Below are positions 7,894 through 15,671 of a stretch of DNA of 18,916 bases, piece after piece. The translations under genes and the position numbers were made by a program. Source of the DNA: Bdellovibrionales bacterium. Lineage in GTDB: Bacteria > Bdellovibrionota > Bdellovibrionia > Bdellovibrionales > UBA840. The first letter of the stretch is position 1. Every line of letters starts with the position of its first letter. The notes beneath the pieces were generated by a model, which worked only from the letters and a program-made list of their open reading frames with translations, was not told the DNA's origin and ran no database searches. The stretch covers positions 1 through 18,916 of the forward strand of contig JBBKWS010000166.1 in the NCBI GenBank assembly GCA_037969075.1, read 5' to 3'.

Positions 7894-9304
7894 TGCTTTG
7901 CCAGAACTAAAAAAGGGTAGCCATATACACTTTATGGGTATTTGTGGAACGGCAATGGCTTCTCTTGCCGGACTTTTAAAGCAAATGGGATACCATGTGA
8001 CGGGTAGTGATCAAAATATTTACCCACCAATGTCGACGCTACTTGAGCGCCTAAAAATACCGGTGATGAGTGGGTATAAAAAAGAAAATTTAGATCCAAA
8101 GCCTGACTTTGTAATAGTAGGCAACGTAATTGCCAAGAAGTATGAAGAGGCACAAGCATTATTAGCCTCTGATATCCCTTACACAAGTTTACCTGTGGCC
8201 ATGGGTGAATGGTTGATTGGCGACAGAAAATCTGTGGTTGTGGCGGGCACTCATGGTAAAACCACAACAACTTCAATGCTTGCCTGGGTGACAAATTCTA
8301 TAGGTTTACAGCCTGGGTTTATGATCGGCGGAATTCCAACTAACTTTGACATCTCATTTAAAATTCCTGAGGGCGATATTTTTGTCATTGAGGGTGATGA
8401 GTACGATACCGCATTTTTTGATAAGGTGCCTAAGTTTAAACACTACAAGCCATATTACACGGTTCTTGGGGCCATTGAATTTGATCATGCAGATATTTAT
8501 AATGATATTACTGATGTGATGAAAGCATTTGAGATTTTGGCTGATAAAGCTAACACAAATGGGATTTTTCTATCCTATGCAGAAAATGAAAATACGCAAA
8601 AGATCGCAGCAATAGCAAAGAGTCAAAAAAAAATAACGTTCGGAATAACTAAGGGGGATTATCAGGCCACTGATATTGTATACACAAATGAGGCGACCTC
8701 TTTTTCAGTGCTATATCAGGGTAAAAAAATTGCGAGCATTAATACGATCTTATTTGGTGAATATAATGTCTTAAATGCATTGGTTTGTGTGGCTCTAGGA
8801 CATGCAATCGGTTGGGACCTAAAGGAAGTAGCTAAGGCCCTTAAGAGCTTTAGCGGTGTAAAAAGAAGGCAAGAAATTCTTGGTGTGGTTAATGGTGTTA
8901 CAGTCATTGAGGACTTTGCGCATCATCCAACAGCGGTTAAAATGACGATCGAAGCGGTAAAGCAGCGATTTAAGAACTCTAAGGTACATGCTGTATTTGA
9001 GCCTAGGAGCGCTACTTCACGGCGTAAAGTTTTTCAAAAAGAGTATACGGAGGCATTTAAGAGGGCTGATTTTACTTGGCTTGCTAAACCTTACGCACAA
9101 GAAGCGATTGCCGCAGAGGATAGATTCTCATCCAATGAATTGGTAAATGACATTGGTACTAATGCCAAAGTCTTTGATGGTGTTGACGATGGAGTTAGGC
9201 AAATTACAGCAAAGGTAAAAAGTGGTGATGCTGTAGTAATTATGAGTAACGGGTCCTTTGACGGCATTTACCAAAAGTTACTAACAGCATTAACCCACAA
9301 ATAA
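7886..9304 (+). CDS. mpl: UDP-MurNAc:L-Ala-gamma-D-Glu-meso-DAP ligase (murein peptide ligase)
   Basis: HIHFMGICGTAMASLA, GTHGKTTT, EGDEYDTAFFDK, EFDHADIY, GVKRRQE, DFAHHPTA, FEPRS, MSNGSF; these are Mpl-type rather than MurC-type motifs. Confidence 0.93.
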   Translation: MSSALPELKKGSHIHFMGICGTAMASLAGLLKQMGYHVTGSDQNIYPPMSTLLERLKIPVMSGYKKENLDPKPDFVIVGNVIAKKYEEAQALLASDIPYTSLPVAMGEWLIGDRKSVVVAGTHGKTTTTSMLAWVTNSIGLQPGFMIGGIPTNFDISFKIPEGDIFVIEGDEYDTAFFDKVPKFKHYKPYYTVLGAIEFDHADIYNDITDVMKAFEILADKANTNGIFLSYAENENTQKIAAIAKSQKKITFGITKGDYQATDIVYTNEATSFSVLYQGKKIASINTILFGEYNVLNALVCVALGHAIGWDLKEVAKALKSFSGVKRRQEILGVVNGVTVIEDFAHHPTAVKMTIEAVKQRFKNSKVHAVFEPRSATSRRKVFQKEYTEAFKRADFTWLAKPYAQEAIAAEDRFSSNELVNDIGTNAKVFDGVDDGVRQITAKVKSGDAVVIMSNGSFDGIYQKLLTALTHK

Positions 9305-9772
9305 TTATCCGATCAAGCTTCTAAGCATCCAAGCCGTTTTTTCGTGTAATTGGATACGTTGAGTAAGTAAATCAAGGCTTGCCTCATCATTACCCTTTTC
9401 GGCGGCAGCATAGATCTCACGACTTGTACGAATCACAGTCTCATGGCCTTCTAGGAGTTGCTCAATCATTTGTTGGGCTGAAGGGACTCCATCAGCTTCT
9501 TTTACACTAGAGAGCTCTGCAAACTGTCGGTATGAACCTGGTGCAAAGTTTCCTAGTGCTCTAATCCTCTCTGCAACCAAATCAACGGCTAATGCCATCT
9601 CTGTGTATTGCGTTTCAAACATTGTGTGTAAAGTTTGAAACATTGGACCGGTAACATTCCAATGAAAGTTGTGAGTTTTTAAATAAAGAGTGTAGGTATC
9701 GGCTAACACTCTTGATAGACCTTTAGAGATGTCGGCTCTGTCAGTTTCTGATATTCCAATATTGATTTTCAT
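9305..9772 (-). CDS. dps: Dps DNA-protection / mini-ferritin
   Basis: KTHNFHWNVTGP, LHTMFE, DLVAERIRALG, HEKTAWML; GAGG SD. Confidence 0.96.
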   Translation of the reverse strand: MKINIGISETDRADISKGLSRVLADTYTLYLKTHNFHWNVTGPMFQTLHTMFETQYTEMALAVDLVAERIRALGNFAPGSYRQFAELSSVKEADGVPSAQQMIEQLLEGHETVIRTSREIYAAAEKGNDEASLDLLTQRIQLHEKTAWMLRSLIG

Positions 9773-9786
9773 AGTTCCTCATTTGT

Positions 9787-10476
9787 TTAATTGTTTGGAA
9801 ATACAAATACTAAAAATTCTGCCGTGCCTGATACTTGTATTCCTTCGTTTTCATCTGCTTGTATTCCTATAGCATCTCCTGAAGAAAGAGTGAAACCTTT
9901 GTTACTGGCTAAGTTGCCTTTTAAAATTTGTACCCAAAGGCTCTGTTTTGGTAATAAAACCTCTTCAGTGGTTTTATAGTAATAAATTTTAGTGTCTTGC
10001 TGCAGGTGTATTACATTATCATCTTTGTTAGGCGAGGCGACAAGAACACCCTTGTCCGTTGCCTCTAAGTTTCTGATATCCAGGGTTTCATAGGATGGAG
10101 TAATGCCTCTTTCATTAGGCATTATCCATATTTGAAACAAATGTGTATTTTTATCTTTAAAGTGGTTAAATTCTGAGTGCATAACGCCTGTTCCTGCACT
10201 CATTTTTTGTAAGTAGTAAGGGTAGATAATTTCATGATTATTCAAACTATCTTTGTGCTCTAAGGCTCCTTCTAAAACAAACGTGAGTATTTCCATGTCC
10301 TGATGTCCATGCATACCAAATCCAGAGCCTGGTGTAATCACATCTTCATTGATTACGCGTAGGCTGTGAAACCGATTCCACTTGGGATCATGGTAGTCTG
10401 CGAAACTAAAAGAGTGTGCAGAGTCTAGCCAATCGGTTTTAGTAACGCCTCTATCACTTGCTTTTCGTAGTAACAT
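9787..10476 (-). CDS. Pirin family protein (YhhW-like)
   Basis: WLDSAHSFSFADY, LRVINED, GFGMHGHQDMEI, MSAGTGVMHSEFN with intact His-His-His-Glu metal ligands; GAGGTG SD. Confidence 0.93.
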   Translation of the reverse strand: MLLRKASDRGVTKTDWLDSAHSFSFADYHDPKWNRFHSLRVINEDVITPGSGFGMHGHQDMEILTFVLEGALEHKDSLNNHEIIYPYYLQKMSAGTGVMHSEFNHFKDKNTHLFQIWIMPNERGITPSYETLDIRNLEATDKGVLVASPNKDDNVIHLQQDTKIYYYKTTEEVLLPKQSLWVQILKGNLASNKGFTLSSGDAIGIQADENEGIQVSGTAEFLVFVFPNN

Positions 10477-10501
10477 GATTCACCTCACACTCTATAATAG
10501 A

Positions 10502-11074
10502 TTACTTTTTAGCGACAAGAGTAAACGTCAATTTTACTTCGTCGTTAATTAGCTTATCACCTAAAGATTGAAAAAATTTACCCGAGTTGTACTTGATTCC
10601 ATAAGCAGTGCGGTCAAAAGCAAGGTTGCCTGTAACTTTTAGAGAATTGTTTGCATCGACAACATCGCCTTTAAAAGACACGGGCTTTGTTATATCTTTA
10701 ATGGTTAAATCACCTGTGAATTGATATTGTTTACCGGATAGTTTCTTTGCATTCTTTATCGCAATACTTGCGGTCGGATATTTAGATACAGCAAAAAAAT
10801 CATCGCTCTTTAAGTGGTTTAATAATTTTGTTTGGTATTCACCACTCAAATCTTTGTTTGTCATTTTACTAAGATCCACAGTTACTGAGGCATCTTTTAT
10901 CATACCTTTTTCTACTTCTACCTTACCTTCGGTAACTGGTACTTGGCCGGTGTGCGAACCAGTGACCTTTGCTCCCACCCACTCTAAATTACTTGCCTTT
11001 GTATCTACTGTTAGGGTTTCAGCAAATGCTGGGGCTGCGGTTAAAAGACTAAGTGCTGTTAAAATGCGAAACAT
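10502..11074 (-). CDS. YceI family periplasmic lipid/polyisoprenoid-binding protein
   Basis: Sec signal (AFA cleavage), W..K..GSHTG, HLKSDDFF..KYP, GDLTIKDITKP, FDRTAYGI; AGGAG SD. Confidence 0.92.
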   Translation of the reverse strand: MFRILTALSLLTAAPAFAETLTVDTKASNLEWVGAKVTGSHTGQVPVTEGKVEVEKGMIKDASVTVDLSKMTNKDLSGEYQTKLLNHLKSDDFFAVSKYPTASIAIKNAKKLSGKQYQFTGDLTIKDITKPVSFKGDVVDANNSLKVTGNLAFDRTAYGIKYNSGKFFQSLGDKLINDEVKLTFTLVAKK

Positions 11075-11131
11075 AATATTTCTCCTATTGCTTTGTTTGG
11101 TTGGTTACAGGTATAAGTTACTATTAATTCG

Positions 11132-11167
11132 ATAAATAAAAAGTATTATATTGTTATCAACACAATA
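11132..11167. promoter_or_regulatory. Candidate LysR binding boxes (T-N11-A) in the divergent promoter region
   Basis: ATA-N9-TAT at 11132-11146 and perfect inverted repeat TATTGT-N7-ACAATA at 11149-11167, between yceI and lysR. The region is AT-rich, so chance matches are possible. Confidence 0.5.
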
Positions 11168-11180
11168 GGATATATTAATT

Positions 11181-12038
11181 ATGATAAAGACAGAGCAGCT
11201 ACAAGTATTTGATTTTATTGTTACAAATGGAAGTTTCAAGGCCGCAGCGGATGCTCTAAATATCAGCCAGCCCAGTGTTAGTATGGCCATTAAAAGCTTA
11301 GAGAATACGTTAGGGATTAAGCTCTTTGATCGAGGCTATTATCGTCCAAAGTTGACCGAGAAGGGGATGGCCTTTTATCAAAAAGCTAAAATTAGTTTAG
11401 AAAATATTAAGGGGTTAGATTCATTTGCGAAACAATTGGTTGAAGAGGATTTCTTAGAAATTCATATAGCGGTAGACGCCATATTATCGTATGAGCCCAT
11501 TTTGGAAAAAGTGTATGACAGGCTCTTGTTAAAACCCCATGCTTACCTTTATTTTAATACGGATATACTAAGCGGGGCATATGAGAGAGTAATGAGAGAT
11601 GAGGTAGATTTTGCCATTGGCCCTTGGCTTGCGGAGTTTCCAATTAGCTCTGAAATTGAAAAAATAAAAATTCAAACAGTTGATATGATTCCCGTAGTTC
11701 ATAAAAAAATGTGGAAGACAAAAAGCATTAATGATTTAGTCAAAATTCCACAAATTATAGCTAAAGATACAGGGACGGGTAAGTCTTCATTAAGTTACGG
11801 GATTTTAGATTGTAGTCATAAAATTATTGTAAATGAGCCTAGTCTTAAGGAGCGATTGATTTTAGGGGGGTATGGTTGGGGAAGAGTCGCGGATCACGTA
11901 CTTACTAAAACAAATGATTTAATTCAAATACCAAGAGATTTAGCAGAAAGTTTTCAAATAGATGTTTATCTAATAAGAAAGCGTGAGCGTCCCATGAATA
12001 AAGATATAAAGGCTATTTGGGACGCTTTATTGGCTTAA
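11181..12038 (+). CDS. LysR-type transcriptional regulator
   Basis: N-terminal HTH GSFKAAADALNISQPSVSMAIKSLENTLGIKLFDR..LTEKG; C-terminal substrate-binding domain with GYGWG; divergent from yceI-pirin-dps. Confidence 0.95.
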   Translation: MIKTEQLQVFDFIVTNGSFKAAADALNISQPSVSMAIKSLENTLGIKLFDRGYYRPKLTEKGMAFYQKAKISLENIKGLDSFAKQLVEEDFLEIHIAVDAILSYEPILEKVYDRLLLKPHAYLYFNTDILSGAYERVMRDEVDFAIGPWLAEFPISSEIEKIKIQTVDMIPVVHKKMWKTKSINDLVKIPQIIAKDTGTGKSSLSYGILDCSHKIIVNEPSLKERLILGGYGWGRVADHVLTKTNDLIQIPRDLAESFQIDVYLIRKRERPMNKDIKAIWDALLA

Positions 12039-14596
12039 TGTAAAGAGTTATGAATGATTTCATACGTATTACTAGATAATTTCTGTTGCAGCATTGCCTC
12101 TAGCTCTTTTTTTAGAAGTGTTTGCCTGTGAGAATCTAGCTTTTTATAATCACTAAAACAATTGGCGATTCTTGCAGCAACATGTGGATTTTTTTGATCC
12201 AGCTCAAGAATACGTTTTGCTAAAATTTGATAGCCTAAGCCTGATTTATCATGAAAAGCAGTCGGATTTGCGGCTAGCGCTCCGTAAGCTGCGTAGTTGT
12301 GATTAGGATTCCAGTTTTGAAAGTAAGTATCTTTTGAAAGTTTTTGAATGTCCTCAAGAACACTTACACTTTTTTTAGTAAAGATGGTGGATAAATATTT
12401 AGTGTAAACTAGAGAGTCTGTGCTCCACATTTTATAAAATGTATGTAAACACTCAGTGTATAAGCTACTTTCAGAATCCTTCAGTGCGTTCAGTGCAGCT
12501 AACTGGTCAGTCATATTCTTTGCAGCTTTAAATTGATTGCTAGCAATTTCTAGGTGTTGTTTTTGTGAACATAATAATTTTAAAAGGCAATTCTTAAGAC
12601 TTCTATCCGATGAGTTGTCATTATCTTTTAGATTGTTATAAATTGCGAATAGGTCATCGTTTAATGAAAGACTTATGTTTTGCTTAAAGCACGTGAGGGT
12701 TTCAAGTATTTCGTCAAGAGGATAGGCGCCATCAAATTCTAGTTTAATATTATCAAACTCTGGGAAACTAAAGAGTTTAGCCGTATAGGCTGTATCTAAA
12801 ATAGGATCTCTTAAGATCTTCTGATATGTTTTTATAAGGTTTTCATTAAACTGCAGTTTTTGTTTGCGCTGTAAATTTCCGATGTTTTTTAAAATATCAG
12901 AGGTAATTAACTGTTGGATCGCCTCCCACTTTGAAAATGAATTTGTATCAAAGGCAGCTAGGTCGTAGACTTCATTTTCGATAGGGTCATATTTTAATAT
13001 AATGGGAGCAGAGAAATCTCTTAAAAAAGAGATACGACAATCACTTGGCGCACTAAATGTAATGGTCTCAGAGTCTTTAGTGATTTCTAAAAGAACAGTG
13101 TCGCCTCGTTTTTGTATTTCAAAACTTGCATCTACCACTTCAATATCTTTTATCGCTGTTCCATCGGCTCTAATTAAGCCAATGGATACGGGCAAGAGTA
13201 GGGGGGATGTGATTTGTTTAAAGTTAAGCTTTAGTTGCTTAGAAGTAAGATCTCTTTTGACCTCTAGTTTTGGAGTTCCTTTTTGCGAGTACCACCTTTG
13301 AAAGTATGTAAGATCGCGGCCGCTGGCTTCACTCATGGCAAAACAAAAATCTTCAGTTGTAACTGCCTTTCCATCAAATAGCTCAAAGTACTTCTTCATA
13401 CCTAGTTTAAATTTATCTCTTCCTATTAAGGTTTCGATCATTCGGATTAACTCAGCACCCTTTTCATATATGGTGGCCGTATAGAAATTTGAAATATTCA
13501 GAGCCTCACTTGGTCGAACCGGATGCGAATTACCGCCAGCATCTTCACTAAATTGTGACGTCCTAAGTCTCATAACATCGTCTATACGTTTAACTCCCCG
13601 TGAATTAAGATCTGAACTGAATTCTTGATCTCGGTATACGGTTAAACCTTCTTTTAAACTAAGCTGAAACCAATCACGGCAAGTTACTCGGTTGCCTGTC
13701 CAATTGTGAAAATATTCATGTGCAACAACGGATTGAATATTATAAAAATCAGTGTCGGTGGCGCTTTTTACATCGGCTAAAACATATTTTGTGTTAAAAA
13801 TATTTAAACCTTTGTTTTCCATGGCGCCAGAATTAAAATCGTTAGCAGCAACAATCATGTATCGATCAAGATCGTACTCTAGGTCATAGCGATCTTCATC
13901 CCACTTCATAGATTCTTTTAAAGACTTCATAGCATGTTGGGCTTTGCTTGCCAGGCCTTCATCGACGTAAACTTCTAGTAAAATATTTGTTCCGGACCTT
14001 GTTTTAAAAGAGTCTGTGATTTTATCAAAATGGCCTGCAACAAGTGCGAACAGATAAGCAGGCTTAGGAAAGGGGTCTTCCCATACAACGGTTGTAGAAT
14101 CAGCATTTTTAGATTCACTTACCAAATTACCATTGGATAATAGTACGGGGTAACCGCTTGCTGTTACAGTAGTTGTAAATTTAGATAGGACATCAGGTCT
14201 GTCTTGATAATAAGTTATTTTTCGAAAACCTTCTGCCTCACACTGGGTGAAGTACTTATTGTTTGAACAATATAAGCCTTCAAATGATTTGTTGTCCTTT
14301 GGGTATATTTTGTTTTTGATAAAAAGAGTGTGCTCGTTTTTTGTTAGGTTAAGATGGAGGTTTTTATCCTTTAAAAAAGGGGCGGAGTCTGTGGTTTTTC
14401 CATCAATTTGAAACTCAAGAAGTTCTTGGCCGTCACCTTGTAAAATAAGATCGTTACTGTTTTGGTTAAGGTTGCGTGATAATATGGTAGTGCAACTAAC
14501 AAGCGTATAATCAGCAAATAGCTCGAAAACTAAGTCCGTTTTAGTGGTCCAATAAGAGGGTTGTTGATAGTCTTTTAAGCGTAGTTTTTCAGCCAT
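12035..14596 (-). CDS. pepN: Aminopeptidase N (peptidase M1)
   Basis: TQCEAEGFRKITY, DPFPKPAYLFALVAG, GAMENKGLNIFN, HEYFHNWTGNRVTCRDWFQLSLKEG. Start placed at ATG 14596 (GGAG SD) rather than GTG 14614, which abuts the predicted -10. Confidence 0.98.
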   Translation of the reverse strand: MAEKLRLKDYQQPSYWTTKTDLVFELFADYTLVSCTTILSRNLNQNSNDLILQGDGQELLEFQIDGKTTDSAPFLKDKNLHLNLTKNEHTLFIKNKIYPKDNKSFEGLYCSNNKYFTQCEAEGFRKITYYQDRPDVLSKFTTTVTASGYPVLLSNGNLVSESKNADSTTVVWEDPFPKPAYLFALVAGHFDKITDSFKTRSGTNILLEVYVDEGLASKAQHAMKSLKESMKWDEDRYDLEYDLDRYMIVAANDFNSGAMENKGLNIFNTKYVLADVKSATDTDFYNIQSVVAHEYFHNWTGNRVTCRDWFQLSLKEGLTVYRDQEFSSDLNSRGVKRIDDVMRLRTSQFSEDAGGNSHPVRPSEALNISNFYTATIYEKGAELIRMIETLIGRDKFKLGMKKYFELFDGKAVTTEDFCFAMSEASGRDLTYFQRWYSQKGTPKLEVKRDLTSKQLKLNFKQITSPLLLPVSIGLIRADGTAIKDIEVVDASFEIQKRGDTVLLEITKDSETITFSAPSDCRISFLRDFSAPIILKYDPIENEVYDLAAFDTNSFSKWEAIQQLITSDILKNIGNLQRKQKLQFNENLIKTYQKILRDPILDTAYTAKLFSFPEFDNIKLEFDGAYPLDEILETLTCFKQNISLSLNDDLFAIYNNLKDNDNSSDRSLKNCLLKLLCSQKQHLEIASNQFKAAKNMTDQLAALNALKDSESSLYTECLHTFYKMWSTDSLVYTKYLSTIFTKKSVSVLEDIQKLSKDTYFQNWNPNHNYAAYGALAANPTAFHDKSGLGYQILAKRILELDQKNPHVAARIANCFSDYKKLDSHRQTLLKKELEAMLQQKLSSNTYEIIHNSLH

Positions 14597-14614
14597 ATGT
14601 ACTCCATTTGCCAC

Positions 14615-14643
14615 ATCATAAAATTCTTACAATACCCTAGCAA
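14615..14643 (-). promoter_or_regulatory. Sigma70-type promoter for pepN
   Basis: Minus strand TTGCTA-N17-TATGAT upstream of the GGAG SD. Confidence 0.6.
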
Positions 14644-14796
14644 GGTAAAGTTGACTTCTCTTGGCCATGCGTTAACCACAGATGTAAAGTCTTTGATCAA
14701 GACTGTAAGGTTTATAGTCCCCTAGGGAAAGGTTTCTTATTCATCTCTTGGGGTGTATGATTCATCCCTGTCAAAATAAGTACGAAGGAAAATGTA

Positions 14797-14994
14797 ATGA
14801 AGAAGATTAGTTTAAAAGTGCCATTCGCTGTTTTTAATAAAACAGACAAAGAAGCTCTTGCGAAATGGAAGCATCTTGAGTTTGCCATGAGAAAGCCAAC
14901 AGATGAAGAAATGAAAGATTATGATTTACCTCAATCAGATTATAGGAATAAATCTAATGAAACGTATTTTAAAATTTGGGGCGCTGGTCTTTAG
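14797..14994 (+). CDS. Small hypothetical protein (65 aa), uncertain
   Basis: GAAGGA SD 7 nt before ATG; candidate TTTCTT-N17-TATGAT promoter at 14733-14761; no recognisable motif; overlaps the next gene by 38 nt. Confidence 0.4.
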   Translation: MKKISLKVPFAVFNKTDKEALAKWKHLEFAMRKPTDEEMKDYDLPQSDYRNKSNETYFKIWGAGL

Positions 14995-15232
14995 TATTAT
15001 CTTTTTGGCATCTTGCGGATCTGATAATGACACTAATCCAGAGTATCCTTATACCTACACCTATGCAGAAGAGGGGATATGTTCAACCCCCACTGTTACT
15101 TCAAATTCAGCAAGTGAACTTTGTAAAAACTTATTAGACAATCAGCTCAATCATTCCTGTGCGCCTGCGCAGAGAAGCGCTACGTTTGAACTGCATCAGT
15201 GTGGTAAGGTTCTTGGGATTGCAGACTCTTAA
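14957..15232 (+). CDS. Small Cys-rich lipoprotein (91 aa)
   Basis: From ATG 14957: MKRILKFGALVFSIIFLAS-C lipobox, AGGA upstream; four further Cys in the mature part. Confidence 0.8.
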   Translation: MKRILKFGALVFSIIFLASCGSDNDTNPEYPYTYTYAEEGICSTPTVTSNSASELCKNLLDNQLNHSCAPAQRSATFELHQCGKVLGIADS

Positions 15233-15233
15233 A

Positions 15234-15671
15234 TCACTTGCAAGAGGTGAGTAGGTAGAGCCTACTAACTTCAATGCTGCCATCAACGGCACAACCAAAA
15301 AATGCCTTATTGGGCGATGTATCTAGCCGTATAAAACTTAATCGTTCATTTTGTATGGGTTTATCTTTAGTATGTAAGCTAAAGCTAACTACAACCTCGG
15401 GCCCAAATTCGCTTACAATTTCTTTAACCTCATTGATTTTATAACTATCAACCAATTCAAAGCTGTCAGTGGTCTCTTCGCCCAAAAATATTTCACCTAA
15501 TTTTATATGGGGAAATTTTTCTTGTTTCCAGCAGGTAGATTTAGAGTAGACAGATTCACCAGAGAGGGTTTTTTCGACCAACTCTTTGGCTAAATCAATG
15601 TTTGAAGGGCAGGTAACCGTATCCCATTTTATTTCTGCAAACAGTATATTCATTAGTAGTAGTAAGAACAT
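15234..15671 (-). CDS. Small exported hypothetical protein with 4 Cys
   Basis: Short hydrophobic N-terminus MFLLLLMNILFA; TAATG stop/start coupling to the upstream gene. Confidence 0.75.
   Translation of the reverse strand: MFLLLLMNILFAEIKWDTVTCPSNIDLAKELVEKTLSGESVYSKSTCWKQEKFPHIKLGEIFLGEETTDSFELVDSYKINEVKEIVSEFGPEVVVSFSLHTKDKPIQNERLSFIRLDTSPNKAFFGCAVDGSIEVSRLYLLTSCK

Noticed and set aside
7932..11290. Antisense ORFs 7932-8294, 8716-8907, 9791-9979, 10854-11135 and 11105-11290
   Set aside because: Shadows of mpl, pirin, yceI and lysR, with no recognisable protein features.
14921..14956. Earlier start for the lipoprotein
   Set aside because: The signal peptide begins at MKR (14957), with AGGA upstream.
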